DNA of 64,000 nt from Hemiscyllium ocellatum (lineage: Eukaryota): assembly GCF_020745735.1 (NCBI RefSeq), contig NW_026867529.1, positions 186,001-250,000 of the forward strand, written 5' to 3'. Made by a program: the position numbers and the translations under genes. Positions 23,250 through 35,059 of the stretch are shown here, one piece after another; the stretch's first letter is position 1, and every line of letters begins with the position of its first letter. Below the pieces are notes generated by a model. That model did not search any database, had not been told where the DNA came from, and saw only the letters and a program-made list of their open reading frames with translations.

Positions 23250-23880
23250 GATGCAGACTTCCTGTAGATTTCTGAATTCAATCTCTATCTTGCCTGTTAA
23301 AATGCACAAGTTCACTGTTTATGTCTGTTCTCATTTATTTAATCCACATTACATTAATGTGCAAAGCTCCTTGTTCACTCTCGTCCTATCTGTATCGCTC
23401 CACAAACTTCTTTTTGTGTCATACTCACCACTTGTCTCTGCTCCAATTTTTGTGTCATTCGCAAACTTGCCTACAATATATTCACTTTCCTCATCTAAGT
23501 CATCAAAATACTTTGTAAATTTTTTTTCTCCCCCAGAACAGATTTATGTGGTACTCCACAGATTGACATCCTGTAAAATAAAACACTTCATCAAACTTTT
23601 CTGATTGGGATTTCAAAAATCCTCTCTCCACGTTAATACAGTCCCTCCAAAGCCAAGGCTCCTTTCTCATTCAGTAATCTTATGCAAGGGTGCTGTCAAA
23701 CACCTTCAGAAAATCAAAACATATTACAATCACGGTTTCCTCCACTTTCTCCAAGAATTGCAATACATTTATCAGGCAAGATTTCCATTTTGTAAAGCCA
23801 TTCTCAGTTTTCTGCTGTAACATTCTTTTTTAAAGACTCCACCATTTTTTTCAATAAATGATGTTAAACTAAGTAGCCTC
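23250..23880 (-). mobile_element. Old CR1 RT fragment
   Basis: Minus strand decayed QNGFTKWKSCLIN.LQF...DFLKVFD.. motif region. Confidence 0.6.
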
Positions 23881-24189
23881 AGTCAACCTTTTGTGTGCCT
23901 TAACTTTTTATGAGTGAAGGTGTTGGTTGAAGGATCTACTATCAGCCGTCACTTCCACCAGCTGGAGAAGCACTGTCATCTACTGTGAAAAACTCAACAA
24001 AATGTATCTATGTTCATTTACTGAGAAAGCAATTCCACAAATGTTCTAGCTCATCACCTTCTGCTGGTGGTCCCAGATTTTATGAAGCAATTCATTGAAA
24101 GTCGACAAGGCTAATTAGCATCAAACCAAGATCAATATTTGAGCAGAAATATCTCAATTCCTGGTCATGTATTTTTGTTCATCTCTTTT

Positions 24190-25390
24190 TAGGACATTAG
24201 CTTTGACAATGTGGAGACTGTATGGGAGGAGCTGTGAAATACCAAGGGACAAAAAACATTAGTGGGTGTCATACACAGACCCCCCAGACTGCAGTGGTCA
24301 TATCGGAATAGTATTCAACAGGAAATTAGCCAAGCATGTGATATGGAGACATCTGTGATCATGGGTGATTTTAATCTGCATCTAGATTGGACAAATCAAA
24401 TTAGCCACAATGTCTTAGAGGAAAAATTCCTGGAGTACATGCGGGATGGTTTTCTTAACCAATATGTGGATGAACCAACTAGAGAGCAGGCCATCTTAGA
24501 CTGGGGACTGTGTAATGAGAAGGGAATCATTGCCAATCTAGCTGCGTGAGACTCCTTGGGGATGAGTGACCATGACATGATACAACTTTTTTATCAGGAT
24601 GGAGAGTGAGCCAGCTGATTTGGAGACTAGGGTGCTGAATTTTAATAAAGGAAACTATGAAGATATATAAGGCATGAGTTGGCGTTGATAGATCAGTGAA
24701 AGTTGCTTAAAGGTGTGACAGTAGATAGGCATTGGCAAATATTCAAGGAAATCATGGGGGATCTGCAACAACTATTTATTCCTGTCTGGTACAAAAGCAA
24801 AATGGGTAACAGGGCCGATCCATGGCTTATAAAGGAAATTAGATAGCATCCAATTGAAGGAAATAGCATAGAAATGGGCCAAGAAAAATAATAGGTCTGA
24901 TGTTTGAGAGCAGTCTTGAATTCAGCAAAGAAGGACCAAGGGATTGATTAAGATGGGGAAAACAGTACAAAAGAAAGTAAGCTTGCAGGGAGCATGAAGA
25001 CTGACGCTACAAGGTTCTACAGTGCATGAAGAGAAAGAGATTGATGAAGACAAATGGTAGGTCCCTCCAGATGGAAATTGGGGAAATGTATAACAAAGGA
25101 CAACGAAACAGCTGAGCAATTGTATCCATCCTTTAGTTCTGTCTTCACAAAAACCGACAGTTATACAGGAGGTGGGTGAGGCTGCAGTTGGAGCATGTGT
25201 TCTGTTTTAGTCACCTTGCTCGAGGAAGGATGTTATTAAACTGGAAAGGTGCAGAAGAAATTTGTAAGGATGTTGCTCGCACTCAGTGTTAAAAGGAGAG
25301 GCTGAACAAGCTAGAACTTCTTTTCTTGGCAGTCTAGGAGACTGAGAGGGGATCTTATAGAACTGTACAAAATTATGAGAGGCATACACT
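24190..25390 (+). mobile_element. CR1 LINE fragments (endonuclease/linker plus a 3' piece)
   Basis: VIMGDFNLHLDWTNQISHNVLEEKFLEYMRDGFLNQYVDEPTREQAILDWGLCNEKGII. Confidence 0.9.
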
Positions 25391-25394
25391 CAGT

Positions 25395-25585
25395 CTTTTT
25401 TGTCTTGAAGAAGCTTTCCTCCTCTGTCTACAAGATCTTTCCACTCTGCAGGTTCCCTGCCTCTATTCCTGATGAAGGGTTTTTGCCCGACACGTCGATT
25501 TTCCTGCTCCTCGGACGCTGCCTGTGTTTTTCCAGCTCCACTCTCATCTAGACTCTGGTTTCCAGCATCTGCAGTCATTGTTTTC
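25395..25585 (+). mobile_element. Penelope-like terminal repeat, variant subfamily
   Basis: ATTCCTGATGAAGGGTTTTTGCCCGACACGTCGATTTT...CCAGCATCTGCAGTC. Confidence 0.75.
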
Positions 25586-25596
25586 AATTAATTGAT

Positions 25597-27200
25597 TTAT
25601 ATCAGACAGACAGAGATTGGCGTCAGTGTCTGTGGGGCTAGTTTATATCAGACAGGCAGAGATTGGCGTCAGTGTCTGTGGGGCTAGTTTATATCAGACA
25701 GGCAGAGATTGGCGTCAGTGTCTGTGGGGCTGGTTTATATCAGACAGGCAGAGATTGGCGTCAGTGTCTGTGGGGCTGGTTTATATCAGACAGGCAGAGA
25801 TTGGCGTCAGTGTCTGTGGGACTGGTTTATATCAGACAGGCAGAGCTGAAAAATGTGTTGCTGGAAAAGCGGGGCAGGTCAGGCAGCATCCAAAGAGCAG
25901 GAGAATCGACGTTTCGGGCATGAGCCCTTCTTCAGGAATGAGGAAAGTGTGTCCAGCAGGCTAAGATAAAAGGTAGGGAGGAGGGACTTGGGGGAGGGAC
26001 GTTGGAAATGCGATAGGTGGAAGGAGGTCAAGGTGATGGTGATAGGCTGGAGTGGGGGTGGGGGTGGAGAGGTCAGCAAGAAGATTGCAGGTTAGGAAGG
26101 CGGTGTTGAGTTCAAGGGATTTGACTGAGACAAGGTGGGGGCAGGGGAAATGAGGAAGCTGGAGAAATCTAGTTTCATCCCTTGTGGTTGGAGGGTTACT
26201 AGGCAGAAGATGAGGCGCTCTTCCTCCAGCCGTCGTGTTGCTATGGTCTGGCGATGGAGGAGTCCAAGGACCTGCATGTCCTTGGTGGAGTGGGAGGGGG
26301 AGTTGAAGTGTTGAACCACGGGGTGGTTGGGTTGCTTGGTCCGGGTGTCCCAGAGGTGTTCCCTGAAATGTTCCACAAGTAGGCAGCCTGTCTCCCCATC
26401 ATTGGGGGAAGAGCGCCTCATCTTCCACCTAGGAACCCTCTAACCACAAGGGATGAACCTAGATTTCTCCAGCTTCCTCATTTCCCCTCCCCCCACCTTG
26501 TCTCAGTCAAATCCCTTGAACTCAGCACCGCCTTCCTAACCTTCTTTCTGACCTCTCCACCCCCACTCCCACTCCGGCCTATCACCCTCACCTTGACCTC
26601 CTTCCACCCATCGCATTTCCAACACCCCTCCCCCAGGTCCCTCCTTCCTGCCTTTTATCTTAGCCTGCTGGACACACTTTCCTCATTCCTGAAGAAGGGC
26701 TCATGCCCGAAACGTCGATTCTCCTGCTCTTTGGATGCTGCCTGACCTGCCCCGCTTTTCCAGCAACACATTTTCAGCTCTGATCTCCACCATCTGCAGT
26801 CTTCACTTTCACCTATCAGACAGGCAGAGATTAACGTCAGTGTCTGTGGGGCTGGTTTATATCAGACTGGGGGAGATTGGTGTCAGTGACTGTGGGGCTG
26901 GTTTATATCAGACAGGGGGAGATTGGTGTTAGTGACTGTGGGGCTGGTTTATATCAGACAGGGGGAGATTGGTGTTAGTGACTGTGGGGCTGGTTTATAT
27001 CAGACAGGGGGAGATTGGTGTTAGTGACTGTGGGGCTGGTTTATATCAGACTGGGGGAAAATGTTGTCACTGTCTGTGGGACAGGGTGAAATCAGACATG
27101 GGGAGATTTGTGTCTGTGGGGTGGTTTATATTCGACAGGGGGTGATTGGTGTCAGTGAGCGAGGGGCTGGTTTATATCTGACAGGAGGAGTTTGGTGAGG
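25597..27200. repeat. 46-bp minisatellite (~5.3 copies left, ~8 copies right) split by a Penelope-like insertion
   Basis: Unit ATCAGACAGGCAGAGATTGGCGTCAGTGTCTGTGGGGCTGGTTTAT at 25601, 25647, 25693, 25739 and 25785; resumes at 26815. Confidence 0.95.
25846..26814. mobile_element. Penelope-like element: 3' part with GIY-YIG coding remnant (minus) plus an inverted partial copy
   Basis: ORF 26092-26421 GETGCLLVEHFREHLWDTRTKQPNHPVVQHFNSPSHSTKDMQVLGLLH...RRLEEERLIF; 25846-26230 is the reverse complement of ~26405-26780; flanked by duplicated ATCAGACAGGCAGAG. Confidence 0.92.
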
Positions 27201-28254
27201 ACGTTATAAAGCCAGAAAAGGATCACTTCATGCTTTAATTCTCTTTCAAGGCATACTGGGCACTCAAAGGTTAAACATTCCACTGTGAAACAGATTCACT
27301 ACAGTATCAATTACAGAATAGACAGAACATCTCAGTAGGATAACTGAATCTTCGAGAAGGAATCCATTGCAGCCACACATGTGGATTCCTCTGCAGCCTC
27401 AGGCAACGGTATTTGTCCTCCCCAGCCCAGACTGATAGCCTTGGCCACAACCCTGTTAAACTGCCTCCTGCTCCCATTATCTTGCTTCCTCTCCATATTA
27501 GCATAGGGATGTGAATTCCCCATTGAAAACAGGCAAAATCCTTCAGTTTTAATCTCTTCCTATTGACACATGATCATGAAGAATACGATTATCAGTCGTT
27601 ATTGCAGGACATCAACATTCACCGGACCTTGTAAAATTATAATTGCCCATCTTTAACAATGTAACGACAGTCAACCATGTGGATTATAGACCTTTTGTAT
27701 CACCACAAGTAGACGCACAACTACTTTCAGGGACATGGAGAATCTCGCGCTGCACTCCGATAATAAAGCATCTGCTGTTGTATTGAAACTTGTGTCGTCT
27801 GGATTTGTGGAACAAAATATAGATTAACAGCCTCACAATTCTATGTTTGATTTTTCATTTTCAATCAGGAAGTGTCTGCTTCGCCTTCCCATATCTAACA
27901 AACCATCAGATTTCATCTCTGCAGCCTCAGATCCTCTCTGTAACCACAAATAAACACTGAGTGATGAAGATATTTAGCAGGTGCAGAAGCATCTGCAGAG
28001 AGCGAGAACAGAGTTCAAACCCAGGTCTGACAGTGTGTCAGAATAAAGCCCAATCTTGTGGTACTGCCACATTGACAATTGTTAGTGCCAACACCTCAAT
28101 CAAAGGCTCTTCATTGTCCTGTTGTTTATCGAATGGCAGTGGTTTACAGTGCAGAACAAGTCCCTTCAGCCCATTGATTCTGTGCCAGTCATAAACAACC
28201 ATCAAACTATGGTAACCTCATTTCTCAGCCCTCAGCCCATCACCTTGTATAAGG

Positions 28255-28370
28255 TAAAAACAAGGACTGCAGATGCTGGAAACCAGAGTCTAGATTAGAG
28301 TGGGGCTGGAAAAGCCCAGCAAGTCAGGCAGCATCCAAGGAGCAGGAAAATTGACGTTTCGGGCAAACAG
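28255..28370 (-). mobile_element. Penelope-like terminal repeat fragment inside a CR1 tail remnant (~28130-28550)
   Basis: GGACTGCAGATGCTGGAAACCAGAGTCTAGA...GCAGGAAAATTGACGTTTCGGGCAAA; same subfamily as 25395. Confidence 0.75.
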
Positions 28371-28559
28371 GACAGACTACAGATTCAAAAACACCAGCAA
28401 CGGTTCTCCTTCAAGACCCATCACCTTGTATGTCTTGGCATTGCAAGTGCACATCTGAATACTTCTTCAATGATTTGAGAGCTTCTGTCTGTAATGCCCT
28501 TCCGGCAGTGAATTCAGTTTCTCACCACCCTCTGGGTGAAAGCCTTTTTCCTTCATTAC

Positions 28560-29330
28560 ACAGACCATGAGTATAGGAGTTAGGACATCATGTGGAGGTT
28601 GTACAGGCCTCTTCTAGAATACTGTGTCCAATTCTGGTCTCCCTGTTATAGGAGGGGTATTGTTAAACTGTTCAGAAAATATTTACAAGGATGTTGCCAG
28701 GACTGGAGGGTTTGACTTCGATGGAAAGGAGCTTGAAGGTTGAGGGGTGACCTTACAGAGGTTTATAGTATAATAAGGAGCAGATATAAGGTGAATGTCA
28801 GATGTCTTTTCCGTCGGGTGATAGACTTCAGGGTTTGTAGATGAAGAGGAAGTGATTAGAGAGATATGGAACAAGTACAGGTAAATGGGACTAGGGTAAA
28901 TTAGGATATCTGGTCAGCATGGACGGGTTGGGCCGAAGGATCTGTTTCTGTGCTGTACGCCTCTATTACTCAATAGAGAGATGTATAAAATAATGAGGGG
29001 TGTTCATAAGATTGATAGTGAGGAAAAATTCCCCTTGGACTAGGGAGCTTATTCCCCCCTAGACTTCAGCACTAGGGGACATACTTTTAAAGTGAGAGGA
29101 GAAAGATTTAAAAGGGAAATGAGGTTCAACTTGTTCTACACAGAGAGTGGTTCGTGAGGAATTAATGGATGCGGGTTCAGTTCCAATGTTTAAAAGGTAT
29201 TTGGACAAACAGGAAAGTATTGAAGGGATATGGGCCAGGAGCAGGTGGTGGGACTAGTTTTGTTTGGGATTATGGTTAGCATGGACTTTGGGGGAAACCA
29301 AAAGGTCTGTTTCCATGCTGTATGACTTTA
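28560..29330 (+). mobile_element. CR1/HER1 LINE 3' fragments (two overlapping tails)
   Basis: GAATACTGTGTCCAATTCTGGTC...GAGGGGTGACCTTACAGAGGTTTATA; tails ending TGTTTCTGTGCTGTA and TGTTTCCATGCTGTATGACT. Confidence 0.8.
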
Positions 29331-29623
29331 TCACTGACATTCCCCTTAAGTCTCCTGCCCCTTACCTTAAATATCTGCACTGCCTTCCAGTCTTTACAAC
29401 ATTTGTCTGAATTGGTTCCTCCATCAAGGGGAATATTTCCTTACTGTCTACCCAATCAACACCTCCCATTATTTTGTACATCTCAGTGATGCCATAGAGT
29501 CAAACAGATGTACAACACAGAAACAGATCCTTCAGCCCAACTCGTCCATGCCAACCAGATATCCAAAATTAACCTCGTCCCATTTACCAGCACATGGCCC
29601 TCTAATCCCTTCCAGTTCAAATT

Positions 29624-29714
29624 AAAACTCACCCAACACCAGGTTATAATCCAACAGGTTTATTTGGAACCACTAGCTTTCCGAACACTGCTCCTTCATT
29701 AGGTGGTTGTGGAG
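29624..29714 (-). mobile_element. Terminal fragment of a second Penelope-like family with a degenerate hammerhead-like motif
   Basis: Minus strand CACCTAATGAAGGAGCAGTGTTCGGAAAGCTAGTGGTTCCAAATAAACCTGTTGGATTATAACCTGGTGTTG interrupts the CR1 tail. Confidence 0.55.
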
Positions 29715-30700
29715 TTTTCTTCTACCCCTCCCGATGCCTTTTATCTGTTACTAGCCTTGTACTGGCCTGCACTTCCTCTTGCATACACGCATCGCCTGTT
29801 GCTGAAAAACTTGCCCCTTAGAACCCTTGTAAGTCTTTCCCCTCTCACCCTAAACCTATGCCCTCTAGTTCTGGACTCCCCCACCCCAGGGAAAAGACCT
29901 TGTCTATTTACCCTATCCATGCATCCATGATTTTATAAACCTCTTGAAGGTCACTCCTCAGCCTTCGACACTCCAGGGAAGACAGTTCCGGCCTATCCAG
30001 CCTTTCCTGTAGTTCAAACCCTCCAACCCTGGCAACATCCTTGTAAATCTTTTCTGAACCCTTTCAAATTTCACAATATCCTTTCTATAGGAGTCAGAGC
30101 AGAATTGCACACAATACTCCAAAGGTAGCCTAACCAATGTCCTGTACAGCCACAACATGACCTCCAAACTCCTTTACTCAATGCTCTGACTAATAAGGGA
30201 AAGCATATCAAATGCCTTCGTCACTATCCTATCTACCTGTGACTCCCCTCTCAATCTCTCTGGTCGAAGGAAAACGACCCAATCTTTCCAGTCGCTCTTC
30301 ATAACTGAAACTCTCCAGCTCAGAAAACATCTTTCCAAGTCTTGAGTACTAACATATCCATCCTTAAATGTGGATTCTAGAAATGCAGACAACAAGCTAG
30401 CTGTCCCCTAGCCAATGTTTTCGACAGTTCTAACAAAACTTCCCAGCTCAACCTCTGTGCTTAACAAGGAAAGGCGAGTTTATCACCTGCCCTGGTGTTT
30501 CAGTGACTGGTGACATGCACAACAAGGTCCCTCTGATCTTCAGTGCTTCCCAGGGCCCTATAGTTCATCACGTATTCCCTTACTGTGATTGTCCTCTTAT
30601 GATCTAAGCCCATCTTCCTCACTGTTTGCCACAACACTAGTTTTTGTATCATCCGTGAACTCACTGATCAATCAACTCACTGAATGGCACCGATCAATTA

Positions 30701-31310
30701 GGGCGGCACGGTGGCACAGTGGTTAGCACTGCTGCCTCACAGCGAGAGACCTGGGTTCAATTCCCACCTCAGGCGACTCTCTCTGTAGAGTTTGCACATT
30801 CTCCAGGTGCTCCGGTTTCCACCCACAATCCAAAAATGTGCAGGTTAGGTGAATTGGCGATGCTAAATTGCCCATAGTGTTAGGTGAAGGGGTAAATGTA
30901 GGAGTATGGGTCTGAGTGGTATACGCTCCGGGGAATCGGTGTGGAATTTAGATTCTCGACAATGTGGAAACAGGCTCTTCGGCCCAACAAGTCCACACCA
31001 CCCCTCCAAAGAGAAACCCACCCAAACTCCTACCCTATATTTACCCCTGACTAACACAACGGGCAATTTAGCATGGCCAATTCACCTAACCTGCACATCT
31101 TTGGACTGTGGGAGGAAACCGGAGCACCCGGAGGGGACCCACGTAGACACAGGGAGAATGTGCAAACCCCACACAGACAGGCGGGAATCAAACCCAGGAC
31201 CCTGGTGCTGTGAGGCAGCAGTGCTAACCACTGAGCCACCGTGCTGCCCTACTTGTTGGGCTGAAGGGCCTGTTTCCATACTGTAAGTAATCTAATCTAA
31301 TCTAATCCTC
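30701..31310 (+). mobile_element. HE1/V-type SINE split by a second SINE (pieces 30701-30945 and 31250-31310)
   Basis: ...TCGGTGTGGA | CTTGTTGGGCTGAAGGGCCTGTTTCCATACTGTAAG(TAATC)n rejoin into one SINE. Confidence 0.88.
30946..31249 (-). mobile_element. HE1/V-type SINE inserted antisense into another SINE
   Basis: Head GGGCAGCACGGTGGCTCAGTGGTTAGCAC at 31249 reading leftward; V-domain; tail at ~30946-30975. Confidence 0.9.
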
Positions 31311-32255
31311 CAACTTTCAAGAGAAAGTTATTTCTATCAACCTAGAAACTGCAAGGACCCAATACTGGCCTCTGCAAGATCCCACTGGGCACAAACTTCC
31401 AGTTACAGAAGCACATCTTAACCATCACCCTCTGCTCCCTCCCACTCAGCCCATTGTGGATCCAATTTTCCAAATTTCCTTGCAGCCCATGGGCTCTTGT
31501 CTTTGCCATCAGTGTCCCAGGCAGCACCTTATCAAAAGCCCCACTGAATTCCAAGTAGCCTCCACCAAATGCATTGCTGTCACCTACACATCTGGGCACC
31601 TCTTTGATAAATTCAATCAGGTTGGTCAGATATGACCTTCCTTTAATAAACCCACACCTACTGTTCTTGATTAACCCCTGCCTGCTCCAAGTGCAGATTC
31701 ATTCTGTCCCGAAGTATTCATTCCAACAGTTTCCCCACCGTCAGACTGATTGGCCTGTAGTTTCCTGGTTTCTCCCTCCTTCCTTCTTGAAGACCTTGTC
31801 ACATTTGTTGTTTCTAATTGAGGTCTGCAGCCAAGTGTTAGGTCTCTTGTACAGCTTGGGGAAGGTAGAAAGGGACAGTGGTAGTGTCTTTACCTCTGAG
31901 CTAGGAGATTCAGTTTTGAGTCCCACCTGGTCCAGAGGAGTACCGTACCATCACTGAACAGGTTGGTTGAGAAACTATCTCCAAGGTGTTTTCCCCTCTC
32001 CTGAAATGACTGAGTTAATCCTGAATAGACATTCCAACAACACCTCTGCACCTGAATGGCACTGTCTCTTCTCAATCTAATTTTTCTTCCTTCCATCCAA
32101 ACCTCTTTTGGGAGCTTTACAGCATTCACTTTACCCCGGGGAAGTGAGTTCTGCAGCTTTTACACACTTTTACATTTGTGTCTTTGCCAGTTTTTTGAAA
32201 ATCAAGGTCCAATCAACCTGAAACAGCAGCAGGAATTTATCTTCTTGGATACACA

Positions 32256-32259
<4 letters not shown>

Positions 32260-32293
<34 letters not shown>
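32260..32293. repeat. (CA)~17 microsatellite
   Basis: Direct reading. Confidence 0.97.
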
Positions 32294-32296
<3 letters not shown>

Positions 32297-32854
32297 CTGA
32301 ACCCTGATCTCGGATGATGACCTCTGCAGGGAGACAGACATCAACTGCCAATAACCTCTTGGATCTTCCTGTCCATCGACAGCATTGGTCTGTTTGGGTG
32401 CCTGCTTTTCTCTCCCGTGTCCAAGCAACAAATGATGATAGATTCATAACAGTTTTCCTCCAATCCATGTTTAAGGCATGTGTTTGTGTTATTTTTCACT
32501 GACTATTGATTTAATCTTCTAAAATGGGGAGTGGCTTCCATCCCAGATGACCACACCAGCATGCCTTGGGGACCCTGAGGAAATGATTAGGGAAGTGTAT
32601 CTGTACCATTCCACCTTCTGCACCCTGTACCGCCAGATACTGCTCCCTCAGTATCTCAGAAAGCACCTCCTCAGTTTGTTATCCCAAAGCACCTCGACAG
32701 AACCTTCATGCCCTCAACACCTCAGAAAACAAACCTGTTACCCCCTTGGACCGTGTTCATCCCCAAACCTGTTCTCACTGTGGTGACCCACAGCCACCCA
32801 CAAGATTGGAGCCCAGGGCCCAGAACATTATTTGGGTCTCTGGATTGATTATAG

Positions 32855-33110
32855 AACGTGGAAGCAGGCCATTCGGCCTATCAGGTTCACTCTGACCCTC
32901 GGCAGAGCATCCCATCCCCCCACTCTATCCCTGGATCCCTTCATTCCCTCTGGCTAATCCACCGAGCCTGCACATCTTTGGACAGTGGGAGGGAACTGAA
33001 GCACCCGGAGGCTGACACGGGGAGAATGTGCAAACTCCACACAGACAGTCGCCCGAGGCTGGAATCGAACCCGGGTGGGGTGAGGCAACAGAGCTAACCA
33101 CAGAGCCCCT
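32855..33110 (-). mobile_element. Older V-type SINE
   Basis: GCACATCTTTGGAC...GGGGAGAATGTGCAAACTCCACACAGACAGTCGCCCGAGG. Confidence 0.8.
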
Positions 33111-33519
33111 GTGACAATCCCACTATCTCCGCCCCATTGATGACCGTTTGATGTTTATACCCGGGGAGTATCTAACCTGTCTAGCGTTTATTTAAGAAAG
33201 ATTAGGGAGAAGGACAATGCCTCCACAAGCTCAAGATGCTAAAAAATATTTATATTCATTTCAAACAGAGACTTTATAAAATTATGTACAAACATAGTAA
33301 CTAAAGTTCAGTTCTGTACAGTCTTTACAACAAGTCTTTATGATGACATATAAACTTCTCTTGGCTGAGTAACTGAAATGTTAGATCTGAGCTGTTCCTT
33401 CTTAATTAACATCATAAAGTTACATTGATAAGGATCTTTGTGAAGTGCCGTAAATCTTTATCTGTTCCCCCCTGCACCCCCACCCTACAAATACAATGCC
33501 TTACAAATGCTTGAACCTG

Positions 33520-33692
33520 AGCTGAAAATGTGTTGCTTGAAAAGTGCAGCAGGTCAGGCAGCATCCAAGGAGCAGGAGAGTTGACAGAAATATCGATTCT
33601 CCTGCTCCTTGGATGCTGCCTGACCTGCTGCGCTTTTCCAGCAATACATTGTCAGCTCTGATCTCCAGCATCTGCAATCCTCATTTTCTCCT
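33520..33692. mobile_element. Penelope-like fold-back mini-element lacking the hammerhead core; an older fold-back follows at ~33795-34035
   Basis: GAGCTGAAAATGTGTTG...GGAGCAGGAGA / TCTCCTGCTCC...CAGCAATACATTGTCAGCTC palindrome. Confidence 0.8.
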
Positions 33693-34181
33693 AAAAGCCT
33701 TAAACCTGTTTGTCAACTTTCAACAGAAGCAACCTCAGGGCATGAACACAGACTGAGTTGCTCAGTGACACATGATTGATTGGGTCAGATCAAATTCTCA
33801 AGCAAACACCCGCACAGATTGCTGGGGAAATTCAGCAGATCAGACAGCAACGGTGAAGAGAGAGAGGAACAATTCGCATTTCAAGTGACCCTTCCTCAAA
33901 ACGGTCTGTTCTGAAGGAACGTTTCCGCAGAAATCATTGGATTGAAAGGTGAACTCTCTCTCTCTCTCCCTTCACAGATGCTGCCGGACATGCTTAGCTT
34001 CTTCAGCAATCTCTGTATTGATGGTTCAGGTTTCCAGTGCGTCCGTACAAGTTGAGTTTAGTGTTGAATTCCCAAGCTTGCTCTATTATAGGGATTGAAT
34101 TCCTCTGCTACAAGGGGGGGTCTCAGTTACCTCAGCTAACTGGTTAGTGATACCAACATTGTTGGCTCAATTTCTATCATG

Positions 34182-34576
34182 GAGGAGAAAGTGAGTACTG
34201 CAGATGCTGGAGATCAGAACTGAAAATGTGTTGCTGGAAAAGCGCAGGTCAGGCAGCATCCAAGGAACAGGAGATTCGATGTTTCGGGCATAAGCCCTTC
34301 TTCAGGAATCCCTTGTAGAGGGAGGAAGAGAGCTTCTTCAAGGAAGGCATCCTTGCAAGAGGATGCGCAGAAGGTTAAAATCTTCGAGGAAAAAGTGAGG
34401 TCTGCAGATGCTGGAGATCAGAGCTGAAAATGTGTTGCTGGAAAAGCGCAGCAGGTCAGGCAGCATCCAAGGAACAGGAATCTGATTCCTGAAGAAGGGC
34501 TTATGCCCGAAACGTCGAATCTCCTGATCCTTGGATGCTGCCTGACCTGCTGCGCTTTTCCAGCAACACATTTTCA
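34182..34576. mobile_element. Penelope-like terminal-repeat element (two tandem copies plus one inverted) with a 17-bp target-site duplication
   Basis: GCTCAATTTCTATCATG at 34165-34181 and 34577-34593; appears to interrupt an older SINE-like repeat (~34100-34730). Confidence 0.9.
34484..34521 (+). ncRNA. Predicted minimal type I hammerhead ribozyme in the Penelope terminal repeat
   Basis: GATTC-CTGAAGA-A-GGGC(TTAT)GCCC-GAAAC-GTC-GAATC: perfect stem I, stem II hairpin, conserved core (one extra A after A9), palindromic ACGU in place of stem III, GUC cleavage triplet. Confidence 0.7.
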
Positions 34577-35059
34577 GCTCAATTTCTATCATGTCTGAAA
34601 TTACCATGAAGGCCCCAACTTCTGAACCTCGCCCCTCACCTGAGGTATGTGACCCACCAGTCCTCTCTCTCTGACAAGACAGCAGCTCCCGGGTCCTCCT
34701 GGTCTATAATAACTTCCTAACTTTAAAAAGGCACTCCAGTAAGAGAGCTGTTTACATGGTTCAGGTCAAAATCTTGGAGTTCCCTCCCTAACATCAACGT
34801 GGGACACCAAGGGCTATAGCAGGAGAATACAGCTCACCCCCACCTTCCAGGCAACTGGATGGTGTGGGAATCTCATGCAAGTGAAATTTGCAAGTAACTT
34901 TTATTACAAGGTGACGGTGGATGGTCACTAAGACTGTTTCTTTCCCTCTGTTTAAATCAGCGTAACAGGGAACCAAAGGATGGGGTGAAAATGACAGTGA
35001 TAGCATTTCGTAGGTTGGTGTTTGTTTGAGATTGCATCGTCGCTATGAATGTTTGAACA

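Larger units (their letters stand above)
29480..31840 (-). mobile_element. CR1 LINE RT to 3' end, composite, with nested SINEs and a Penelope-like end
   Basis: YLEFSGAFDKVLPGTLMAKTRAHGLQG...PVLGP; RT continues on the other side of the SINE pair; YRTLVRLPLEYCVQFCS...FERVQKRFTRMLPGLEGLNYR. Confidence 0.85.
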
